A stretch of 35,742 bases of DNA. Source: Candidatus Hodarchaeota archaeon (GTDB lineage Archaea > Asgardarchaeota > Heimdallarchaeia > Hodarchaeales > Hodarchaeaceae). Both the position numbers and the translations under genes were made by a program. The notes under the pieces were generated by a model that had not been told where the DNA came from, searched no databases, and saw nothing but the letters and a program-made list of their open reading frames with translations. Position 1 is the stretch's first letter; each line of letters opens with the position of its first letter. Of this stretch, positions 19,352 through 27,759 are shown piece by piece. The DNA lies in assembly GCA_016840035.1 (NCBI GenBank), contig JAEOTC010000240.1, positions 1-35,742 of the forward strand, in the 5' to 3' direction.

Positions 19352-20894
19352 TGGCATTTGTTAATTTAGCATATTCCTTGACTTTTGCTTCTTCACTTGT
19401 TCCTTGAAGGACGAGGACATACTCTATACATCCTCTAGCGCGTTCTCGACGCTGGGTCATATCATCCAGATTACTAGTAATATCTAAATGGATAACTACG
19501 TCTGCCTCCTCTAAATTCAACCCTCGACCACCAACTGGTGTAAATATTAAAACATTCACATCTTCGGTGCGAAATTGGTCTAAGATTATATGGCGAGATT
19601 CTTCTTTAGTCTTCCCAGAGAGATATTTGACTCCTGGATACTGCAAAGTTTCCAATATCATCTTTAATTGTTCCCCCAGAGCTAAATATCGAGTGAACAA
19701 GAGTACTTTGGCCCCACGAATTATGTGCTCGTGAATAATATTAATTGCTTTCTCAACTTTAGGATGAATTAAACCCCGAGTGGTGGTTTCTTCTGGTTTA
19801 TCATATCTTGGTAAATCAACTCTGTAAGATATGATTTCTGAACTAACCTCACGCAGAGATTGGAAGACTTCTTGGTTCTCATCCTTCTTCGTATAACGGA
19901 GATATTCTCCTGGAGTGCTTTCCAGTAACAATAACCGAGCATGAGTTAATTTGAAGAGTAACGCAAATGCATTGATAAGCTGAATGCGGTCTTCATTGTT
20001 TTCTACTTTGTGTTTACCTAATCTAATTGGATACGATCTCTGTTCTCCTCGTAAGCGGTCTAAAGCTCCCCCATAGGATAATTTAACAATTTCAAGTCTA
20101 CTCAAATTAGGATCAAGAATTTCTTGAATGGTACCAACAGGTTTTGTAAGTAAATTAGAGATAGTTTGATCGTTATGGACATAATCCTCTCTCACAATGG
20201 GGTTAATTTGTGTGATAGTCTCATAGGGGGATAGATCTAAACGAGACATTTGATGAGCATCTTCTCCAAGGACTTGTACGATGAATTTTGCTTTATGTTG
20301 ATCTCGCGTACCGGACATGGCAAGGATAGGAAAATTATTCTTTTTACGTACTTGAAATAATTCTTGGAAGTATTTGGACAGACGAAAACCTGACATAGAA
20401 CGAGCTAAGAGATCAGTCGCTTCATCTACAATACATAATGAAACATTGGCAAAGATGTCAACCTTGAGTCTTGATTTGATTTGGAACCGATCATTCATCA
20501 AAGTTTGAATTGGGGAAAAGATTACCTGAGATGCTTGATACATCTTCATCTTTTGAGATAGATTTAGCCCTTTTCCACCCGTTTGAGGATTGAAAAGATA
20601 GCCCAGCTGGTCAACAAAGCCGAATTTTTTACCCATTTCAACTGCTTGACGACAGCGTAAACCTGCTGCTTCACGAGCGGAAGTAAAGATAAATTGTTTT
20701 CCTGGTTCAGCCATCTTTAGCTTTAGTAGCACTAGAAGAGCAATAATAGTTTTTCCAGTTCCATAAGGGTAGTTTAACAAGATGGACTTAGAATCTTGAT
20801 GAAGGGAGAGAATTTCTTGTACAGCTTGTAATTGATAGTCTCGTTTGTCAATTGTCAAGCCTTGAAGTAATTTATCCGTTATCTCCAGAACCAT
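19338..20894 (-). CDS. SF2 DEAD/DEAH-box helicase, Hef/FANCM-like helicase core
   Basis: Q motif RDYQ, Walker A PYGTGKT, motif II VDEAT, III MSGT, HPK, IV LLFT, V VGGRGLNL and VI QRRERAR, with a helical insert between the RecA domains. Confidence 0.85.
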   Translation of the reverse strand: MVLEITDKLLQGLTIDKRDYQLQAVQEILSLHQDSKSILLNYPYGTGKTIIALLVLLKLKMAEPGKQFIFTSAREAAGLRCRQAVEMGKKFGFVDQLGYLFNPQTGGKGLNLSQKMKMYQASQVIFSPIQTLMNDRFQIKSRLKVDIFANVSLCIVDEATDLLARSMSGFRLSKYFQELFQVRKKNNFPILAMSGTRDQHKAKFIVQVLGEDAHQMSRLDLSPYETITQINPIVREDYVHNDQTISNLLTKPVGTIQEILDPNLSRLEIVKLSYGGALDRLRGEQRSYPIRLGKHKVENNEDRIQLINAFALLFKLTHARLLLLESTPGEYLRYTKKDENQEVFQSLREVSSEIISYRVDLPRYDKPEETTTRGLIHPKVEKAINIIHEHIIRGAKVLLFTRYLALGEQLKMILETLQYPGVKYLSGKTKEESRHIILDQFRTEDVNVLIFTPVGGRGLNLEEADVVIHLDITSNLDDMTQRRERARGCIEYVLVLQGTSEEAKVKEYAKLTNATTVT

Positions 20895-20966
20895 TTAAGC
20901 TCAAGGGTGCTAGAGGAGTCACCCTTAAAAGTACTTCAGTTATGTTCAAAGGTTGGATGGTTCACA

Positions 20967-21467
20967 ATGGAAGAACTAATTGCAGTACTGGAAAAACGTC
21001 GGAAAGGTATCGTCTATCTACTTAAAATGATACCCCTCGACATTTGGGATTGGAAACCTGGTTCTGGGATGAGAACAACGGCTGAATTAGCTAATCACTT
21101 GGCTTCAAGCCCACTAATGCTTCTAGAGTTATTTAAAGGAGACTTGAAAACCGGCGAGGAGTTTCAAGAACTTGAGAAACAAAACTTCCCTCTTAACGCG
21201 CAGGGATTAGTAAAACTGTATGACAAGGGTCTTCAAAAATTAGTCGCATATCTCAAAGAACATCTTGAAGAAGCACGAGAGAAGAATGTCAAATTCTTTT
21301 ACCAGGAAGAAAAAAGCTCATTATATCATGAGATATTCGAGGAGATCGGTCATGAATGGTTTCATTCAGGCCAATTATTCACCTATCTACGAATTAATAA
21401 TGTCTCGGTAGATATGGGAACTTATTACGGCTATAAAGATCCCGATGAAAGTATTCCCCCTAATTAG
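20967..21467 (+). CDS. DinB/YfiT-family protein
   Basis: WDWKP..GMRT.AELANHL and HEWFHSGQLFTYLR (metal-binding His triad). The start is placed at ATG 20967. Confidence 0.9.
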   Translation: MEELIAVLEKRRKGIVYLLKMIPLDIWDWKPGSGMRTTAELANHLASSPLMLLELFKGDLKTGEEFQELEKQNFPLNAQGLVKLYDKGLQKLVAYLKEHLEEAREKNVKFFYQEEKSSLYHEIFEEIGHEWFHSGQLFTYLRINNVSVDMGTYYGYKDPDESIPPN

Positions 21468-22329
21468 ATACTTTTTCATTAAAAGAAAGGGGAAAGACAA
21501 GGTTGAAAGTTGATTGTGTTAACCAACATCGTAGGTTGAAGTAGGCAGCAATATATTGGAAATATTGAATGAGCAGACGATAGCTTTGTAGTGAGGATAA
21601 ATAGTGATTAAAAGGAATGCAGAAACTTAATCTAGTTGAAACACTATTTAATTGTTCTAATTCAATCGTGACTGGTTCAGTTTCAAACCAAGTGAGTGTA
21701 GTGATGCAGAAATTTACTAAAAAGTGTTCATCACCATAAATGATTGGATTTGGTTCGAAGTAAGAATTACTATGTCCATTCCCTACTTGAATATGAAATC
21801 GTACGCGAGAAGGATTAGAGTATGAACCCCAACTTTTGGATAGAACACCTGATAAAGGTGAAGGTGTCAATGGAGGAGGAAAACTTAGTATTTGAATCAA
21901 ATCAGAAGCAATTAACGTACTTAGTTTCTGTCGAAGGGATGCAGTTTGTAATGTCTTGAAGAGATAGGGAAGCGAAGAACCAGATGTATCCTGTAATAAT
22001 CGTGTACCAAGTCCCATTATGAGGCTAGCGGTGCGTAATTCATGAACGAGATCTTCAATCCACGATTTTTGGAAGGATAATGGTGAAGATGACTTCTTAT
22101 GACAGGAATAAACGCTGTAGATCGAATGTGATTCCTCTAGAAGATTATAACCTACATCTTGAATTTTCAACTGGGAGAGACGGGGGGAAGACTGAGAAGG
22201 ATTAAGCCCACTGATCTCAGCAAATGACTGTGTAAAGTAAAGGATGGAATCATCATCTGCAATAATGTAGGGTTGAAATGGACTCGTGAAGACATTTTCC
22301 GTTGTTAAGTGCCGATGTGTCATGACCAT
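21460..22329 (-). CDS. Degenerate PAS/HisKA histidine-kinase-like protein
   Basis: PAS-like start PYIIADDDSILYFTQSFAEISG, H-box DLVHELRT and IYGDEH. No N/G1/G2 boxes are visible. Confidence 0.6.
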   Translation of the reverse strand: MVMTHRHLTTENVFTSPFQPYIIADDDSILYFTQSFAEISGLNPSQSSPRLSQLKIQDVGYNLLEESHSIYSVYSCHKKSSSPLSFQKSWIEDLVHELRTASLIMGLGTRLLQDTSGSSLPYLFKTLQTASLRQKLSTLIASDLIQILSFPPPLTPSPLSGVLSKSWGSYSNPSRVRFHIQVGNGHSNSYFEPNPIIYGDEHFLVNFCITTLTWFETEPVTIELEQLNSVSTRLSFCIPFNHYLSSLQSYRLLIQYFQYIAAYFNLRCWLTQSTFNLVFPLSFNEKVSN

Positions 22330-22357
22330 TCCCAGATTCTTTAGATAATGTATATCA

Positions 22358-22723
22358 TTAAGTGATTTTGTCTTTCATTTCACAATCAATAACTTCTTCG
22401 TACCGTAGATCTTCATTTATTAGAAGAGGATTTGAATCGTAGATCTTCAAGAATCCAACCTTGTTTGTTTGCATTTCAAAATAGAATTGTGATTCGGTTA
22501 TTTCCCCAAGTGCATCTAAGAACGCTTGAACCTGAGGTAGAATACTCTCGTGACCTTGTGTGAATTTACAGACGATTTCTGACTCGTGTAGCTCAAAATC
22601 ACTAATAAATGTCAGAGGTAAAAGAACTGAAAGTAATCCGCGGTTTAGAGATGGATTCGACGAAATTACTGTCCCAGACATTAAAATCTCCAAATTTTTT
22701 TTCAACTTTTTTTTAAGTTGCAC
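22358..22723 (-). CDS. Hypothetical protein
   Basis: 121-aa ORF co-oriented with, and ending 28 nt upstream of, the kinase-like gene. The start is uncertain. Confidence 0.6.
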   Translation of the reverse strand: MQLKKKLKKNLEILMSGTVISSNPSLNRGLLSVLLPLTFISDFELHESEIVCKFTQGHESILPQVQAFLDALGEITESQFYFEMQTNKVGFLKIYDSNPLLINEDLRYEEVIDCEMKDKIT

Positions 22724-22995
22724 CTGGAGGAGGGGGAGGAGGATTCAAAGTTGGATCGGCAATTCCGATAAAAACGGTTAATACCATTAGAAATGTCATA
22801 AGAATTAATGGTAATAATTTGTAAAAGTTAATCTTACTTGGTTTCATAATTTGCTTTCGGTTTCGAAGTTTTTGGAACATTTTTAGATCATCCGTTAGTT
22901 TATTTTTATTTTGGTTTTAGTATTTAGTTTATAGATAAAAAAATAGATAAGTTTAATGAAGGAGAAAAACTGCATGTATTAGTACTATCTTCGCT

Positions 22996-24483
22996 TTGAT
23001 TAATTCCGATTATATGGATAAATTAATGGTTGTGTTCATGTCCCTAGAGAATCTTGATGAATTGATTAGTTTAAAGGAAGAAGGAGAGTTTATTAAAGAT
23101 TTCTTGAATATCTGGGACATTATTCGTGCTATGATGAAATCTGAAGAACATAAATATAAAACATGGCGGAATTGGGGGAGTCTTGCTGAAAAATTACTCC
23201 ATGAAACTACTTTACCTTTCTATAAGAAATGGAAGCATTTGGAATACATTCACTATGTTGAATCATATATAATTAGTTATTCTTCGATTTTATTCCACAT
23301 GGATGGTATGAGTTTGTTGATACCAAGAAAACTCATTCTACATGAAGCCAATGTTGCCGAAGGGGAAGTATATGAACTTCTACAAACAGAACCTACCCTA
23401 TTGCAATTCAGGAAAGTCATTTCTCATTTAACAAGAGATTACAACTATGCCTTACGTAAAACAGATGTAAAAATCCTTCAGAAACTTTCTAATCCCCGTT
23501 TTTCGAAATCCTTGGATAAATTCCCAAAAATGCGTGAGTTAGCATATGGGACCCGTCAGGATGTTAGAACTGTATCGAGTAGACTGGATTTTTTAAACGA
23601 GAGTGAGATTCTTGGTATGTTCTATTCAGTTGATATGGGAAAAATCGGTTATCAAACAGCAATTTTTCTCCATGATATCAAAGTTCCAGAAATACCTGCA
23701 GAAGTCAGAGATTATGTATTTTACGATTTTCCTGCGCCTACTCTCCAAAAATATGTTGCTGTTGTTCAATATCCTTATACAGATTCCGAAATTATCTCAC
23801 ACCTTGAATCTTCGTTTCAAACCTCATCAGGAGCATTTACAATTGTCACAAAACAGTTTCGTAATTGGAATCTTGCGGGATTAACTCCTAAGCCGGAGGA
23901 GCGTTGGAAATTACGTCCCCCATTACTTCAACCTGGTGGTAGCTGGTTACGTGATTTGATTGTCGGGAATATTGGATTTGAATATAACCTGGATCCTGAG
24001 TATGATTATTATCAACTTTCTCTTCAAGAAGCAGAACTACTTGGTTATATTAGTCAATATTCAACCATGGATGATGCATCTCTAGAAAAACAGTTAAAAC
24101 GGTCTAGAAAGAGTATTAACGTAGATTGGAAAAATCTTCTTCGTAATGGAATCATAAACCGATTTCCAACATTCACTAACATTGGACTCGGTTCATGGGT
24201 TTATTTTTTCATCTCAAATATACCCAACAAAAGATTCCGAAGCTTACTCCAACATTTCAAGTTTTTTCCATTTACAAACGTTTTCTATAATGAAAAGAAA
24301 GGAACAATGGTGGGAATGGTTATCATTCCTTTAGAATGGACAAATTCACTCTTGTATCGTTTTGCCTCGATGTATAGTGAATTACTAGGCGTAGATATGA
24401 GCTATTATATCGGTCCAGACATTCTCGTGCGTTGGAGTACGAATATTCAGAAAACCTTCGATTGGAAACGATTTGAAAAATGA
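22996..24483 (+). CDS. Large transcriptional regulator with two Lrp/AsnC-like winged-HTH modules
   Basis: TDVKIL...ELAYGTRQDVRTVSSRLDFL...DMGKIGY and QEAELL...LEKQLKRSRKSINVDWKNLLRNGII...NIGL. The true start may be 23014 or 23038. Confidence 0.72.
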   Translation: MINSDYMDKLMVVFMSLENLDELISLKEEGEFIKDFLNIWDIIRAMMKSEEHKYKTWRNWGSLAEKLLHETTLPFYKKWKHLEYIHYVESYIISYSSILFHMDGMSLLIPRKLILHEANVAEGEVYELLQTEPTLLQFRKVISHLTRDYNYALRKTDVKILQKLSNPRFSKSLDKFPKMRELAYGTRQDVRTVSSRLDFLNESEILGMFYSVDMGKIGYQTAIFLHDIKVPEIPAEVRDYVFYDFPAPTLQKYVAVVQYPYTDSEIISHLESSFQTSSGAFTIVTKQFRNWNLAGLTPKPEERWKLRPPLLQPGGSWLRDLIVGNIGFEYNLDPEYDYYQLSLQEAELLGYISQYSTMDDASLEKQLKRSRKSINVDWKNLLRNGIINRFPTFTNIGLGSWVYFFISNIPNKRFRSLLQHFKFFPFTNVFYNEKKGTMVGMVIIPLEWTNSLLYRFASMYSELLGVDMSYYIGPDILVRWSTNIQKTFDWKRFEK

Positions 24484-24495
24484 ATCGAGGGAAAA

Positions 24496-25251
24496 TTAGA
24501 ATAAGAGGGAGAGGCACGTTAATGCTCCTTCACATTTCTGAAATTCAGACATCTCAAGAGTGATCACTTCAAATCCTTCTTCGGTAAGCTGTTGATATGT
24601 ATGAGGATATCCTGAGGGAAGTAAGGTTACTTTGTTAATAGTTAAAGTATTAGTAGCATATTGTTCATCTGGTGTAATCACTATTTTCTTAAAAGAGTCA
24701 AGTACTGGGTGATTAGAGACTTTGTCATTAACAAGAACAGTATTCGAATGAAGAAACGTGACATGGCTTTTGAGGTGAATTATTGTATCATCAATTATCC
24801 TTTTCACCTCGAGTTTTAACCAATTTGAAAGTTGGTTTATTCCTTCGACATTTGTGCGTTGTGAAACTCCAGAAATTAGATAGTTTGGTAAGTGGACGAC
24901 ATCCCCTCCCTCAATCGTCCCTGGAGTATTGGTAGCTTTAATTTTCAAATATTCGGACAGAAATTCAGAGACTGTTTGTTCCTCCCCTCTTCTACTCTCT
25001 GCACCCATGCGTGAAATCAACGCTCGTTTTCCATGGATAATTGCTGTATCTTCAACAAAACAGCAATCTGGAAATCTATCTTCAGGTGAAAGCTTGAATA
25101 CTTCTAAGCCTAATTCGGATAGTATGTCGCAATAATATTTATGTTGTTGTTTTGCTTTCCGAGTGCTGACTGAAGAATGCATTGGGTGGGAAGAAATGCA
25201 TCTAGGAAAGGAATTACTCGGTTCACGAACAAGAGCACGCTTTATTTCCAA
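24496..25251 (-). CDS. ddaH: Dimethylarginine dimethylaminohydrolase (amidinotransferase family)
   Basis: FPDCCFVEDTA, SRRGE, IEGGDV, RTN.EG, HLKS and GALTCLSL (Asp/His/Cys catalytic residues). Confidence 0.92.
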   Translation of the reverse strand: MEIKRALVREPSNSFPRCISSHPMHSSVSTRKAKQQHKYYCDILSELGLEVFKLSPEDRFPDCCFVEDTAIIHGKRALISRMGAESRRGEEQTVSEFLSEYLKIKATNTPGTIEGGDVVHLPNYLISGVSQRTNVEGINQLSNWLKLEVKRIIDDTIIHLKSHVTFLHSNTVLVNDKVSNHPVLDSFKKIVITPDEQYATNTLTINKVTLLPSGYPHTYQQLTEEGFEVITLEMSEFQKCEGALTCLSLLF

Positions 25252-25504
25252 GGGATTGTCACCAGTAAATTACGAGTATAAAAAGGATTGAAGGGATCTA
25301 GGGTGAACAGGAAATTTGGGGTGGTTAAAAGGAATATGATAGAAGTAATTCTGGATGGATGGTTCAGTGAGTAACAAAATCTACCATATTACATTAAGTA
25401 ATAGATATGTCAGATTAATGTTACAAGAACATTGGAATAGTAACCGACGCAAATGGATGGATTATTTAGAATTTTTAGATGAGGAACGTTCAATCTAAGC
25501 ATTT

Positions 25505-26149
25505 CTATTTACGAAATAATTGTTTTCCCACTTTAGCCATCCGTCGACCAAGCGCTTCTGCATCGCGAATAGCAATTACGTCATTTTTTACATGACGGAA
25601 CTTTATTTTGACTTCTTCGTCTTTGGTCTCTTCATACATCATTGACCCCATGGGAAAGGGAGATGTGAACCAAGGATGGCCTGTACCTCCAACAATCAGC
25701 ATTCCGTGTGCCAAACCAAATGTAGTCAATTGAGAAATGACAGACTCTTGTCCTCCAACACGTAAGCCCGAAACAGTTAAAGCAGAAAATATTTTGCCTT
25801 CCCATAACTGCTTTGGCATTTTATTATCACGAGAACGATCGAAAAAATTCTTCAGAATCCCAGGAGGGCCAGCCCAGTAGGAAGGACTGGCAATAATCAG
25901 TCCATCATGTTCCTCGACAAGTTTTTCGATCTTTGAATAATCATCATTCTTATCAAGAGGACAAGGTTTGGTAGTACAAACTTCACATCCATTACAAATA
26001 TCAATTGAATAATCAGTAAGATTAATTACCGTTGTTTCAACTCCATGTTCCCTTGCACTTCGTAAAGCTACATCAAGCAAGAATTTAGAGTTTGTTTTTG
26101 TAGCAGGCTTTTTAGGGGAGCCATTTATCCCAAGTAATTTGAATGCCAT
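25505..26149 (-). CDS. Iron-sulfur flavoprotein / NADPH-dependent FMN reductase (flavodoxin fold)
   Basis: GINGSP, CNGCEVCTTKPC, DD, IIASPSYW, LKNFFDR and GGQE. The start is reassigned to ATG 26149 with upstream GGAG. Confidence 0.9.
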   Translation of the reverse strand: MAFKLLGINGSPKKPATKTNSKFLLDVALRSAREHGVETTVINLTDYSIDICNGCEVCTTKPCPLDKNDDYSKIEKLVEEHDGLIIASPSYWAGPPGILKNFFDRSRDNKMPKQLWEGKIFSALTVSGLRVGGQESVISQLTTFGLAHGMLIVGGTGHPWFTSPFPMGSMMYEETKDEEVKIKFRHVKNDVIAIRDAEALGRRMAKVGKQLFRK

Positions 26150-26223
26150 TATTGGAATCTCCAAAATAGTTGAATCAGAAGTAGTTGGGGAGAATAATAA
26201 ATACTGAGTGATCTAAGTAGATA

Positions 26224-26853
26224 TTAACTTAATGCGTTTTTGACCAATTTTCCTTTTTCAGTAAGGAGAAAGAGCTTATTCTTTGTACTTCCTCTTGAAG
26301 TAACCAATCCTTCAGCAGTTAACTGTTTAAGGTAGCGTGATAAGAGACCACTGCTTCCTTTCTTATCTTCCTGCAGCTCTTTGTATTTGGTGGTTATTGC
26401 TTCTAGCTTTACTCCTTCCTCTGGAATTAAGAGTAATACTCGCTCCTCAGTTTTCGACAGTTTTTGATAAAGAACCATCTCCATTGGTTCTTTACGTTCC
26501 TTGTCAATAATATAAAATGATTTTATCTTTTCTTTCAGAATGGTCGCCGTACTATAGAACAATAATTGCCAACTGACCAACCCAGATGTAACATTTAGCA
26601 TAAGTTCATATTCTTTCGAGTGCAAATCATTAATTAAATTTTTTAAAAAGTCTACAATGTAGTATGAATCTCTTGGTTTTTCAATGATTTCTATTCGAAC
26701 TTCTATACCTTTAACCAGCTCTGTTATCTCATTTGCTTGCTCTAGATAATCTTCTGTAGTAATTAGAACTAATAAAGAGGTTGGATAACGAAATAATCCT
26801 AACTGGATCCATTCAGGGTTCCGACCCACTGTAGCAATCTGACAGATCTTCAT
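26224..26853 (-). CDS. CARF-domain + winged-HTH transcriptional regulator (Csa3/HFX_2341-like)
   Basis: N-terminal Rossmann strand IATVG, CARF motif MLNVTSG, then wHTH LSKTEERVL...LLSRYLKQLTAEGLV...LTEKGK. SD GAGGAG. Confidence 0.82.
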   Translation of the reverse strand: MKICQIATVGRNPEWIQLGLFRYPTSLLVLITTEDYLEQANEITELVKGIEVRIEIIEKPRDSYYIVDFLKNLINDLHSKEYELMLNVTSGLVSWQLLFYSTATILKEKIKSFYIIDKERKEPMEMVLYQKLSKTEERVLLLIPEEGVKLEAITTKYKELQEDKKGSSGLLSRYLKQLTAEGLVTSRGSTKNKLFLLTEKGKLVKNALS

Positions 26854-26921
26854 GTGACTTCTGTTTCTCCTCTGTTTTCTGCACTTAAAAAGTTAACGAT
26901 ATATGAAATCAAAAAATAATA

Positions 26922-26963
26922 TACTTTTAAAGTAATGAAAAACTTTATAAGTAAATAGTTTAC
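26922..26963. promoter_or_regulatory. Divergent promoter with BRE/TATA and two inverted repeats (candidate operators)
   Basis: TACTTT-t-AAAGTA at 26922-26934, GAAAAA-CTTTATAA at 26937-26950 and GTAAA-tag-TTTAC at 26951-26963. Confidence 0.5.
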
Positions 26964-26999
26964 ATATTTAGTTAAGCAAGTGGGGGATGAGGAAACTGA

Positions 27000-27659
27000 T
27001 TGAAAAGTAGTAAAAAAATAATCGGAACAGTTATTGGAATTGGAATACTAATAATCATCATTGGGGGATGCATGAAACCATCGGAGTGGCCAGCTCAGGT
27101 AACTCACAAATTCGACCTCCCATCAACAATAGATCCTGATCATGTGCAAATTTCAGAATTGAATGCTGAGATTGAAAAATCATGGGCCGGAGTTCGCAAA
27201 TATCACAAAGGAGATCAAATGATGGAAGATGAAATTGATTTTATCGGAAGAGAAATTAAAGAACTAATTGAATATTGCCCAGATTTGGAAAATCCTAACT
27301 ATCAAGCTTTTGAACACTTTCCAACCGTATCACAGGTTCTGGAAACCAAGAAAGATGATTGTGATGGTAGAGCAATTGTTGCTTGCTCATTATTAATTCA
27401 TCGTGGATATGACAGCTACGTGATAATGAATGAACGTCATGCTTGGGTAATTACCTATTTAAATGATGGAAGCTTCGTTGAAATTTTAAAAAATCCTATT
27501 CCTGACGATGATCACAGCTGGTTATTACAATGGAATAATAACACTGTAAAGATAAATTTCACCCATCCAGTACCTTTAGTAATTGGTGTGTTGGTCTTAT
27601 TGGGAATCACTTCGACACGAGTGTTTTTACTGAAGAAAAACAAGCCATCAAATGCTTGA
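27000..27659 (+). CDS. Membrane-anchored transglutaminase-like (papain-fold) cysteine enzyme
   Basis: N-terminal hydrophobic leader ending IGGC, catalytic-type DDCDGRAIVACSLL and HAWV, and a C-terminal TM helix followed by KKNK. Confidence 0.78.
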   Translation: MKSSKKIIGTVIGIGILIIIIGGCMKPSEWPAQVTHKFDLPSTIDPDHVQISELNAEIEKSWAGVRKYHKGDQMMEDEIDFIGREIKELIEYCPDLENPNYQAFEHFPTVSQVLETKKDDCDGRAIVACSLLIHRGYDSYVIMNERHAWVITYLNDGSFVEILKNPIPDDDHSWLLQWNNNTVKINFTHPVPLVIGVLVLLGITSTRVFLLKKNKPSNA

Positions 27660-27759
27660 GAATTTCACTAATTCCATACAAGGTTTTTTTAAGAAGATTT
27701 ATCCTTCTCAAAGAAACCCAATTTTTTTAAGCAAACCCTATTCCTAAGCACAAAAAATA

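Noticed and set aside
25252-27759. CRISPR array or cas genes near the CARF regulator
   Set aside because: No regularly spaced direct repeats or cas motifs were seen here or elsewhere in the window.
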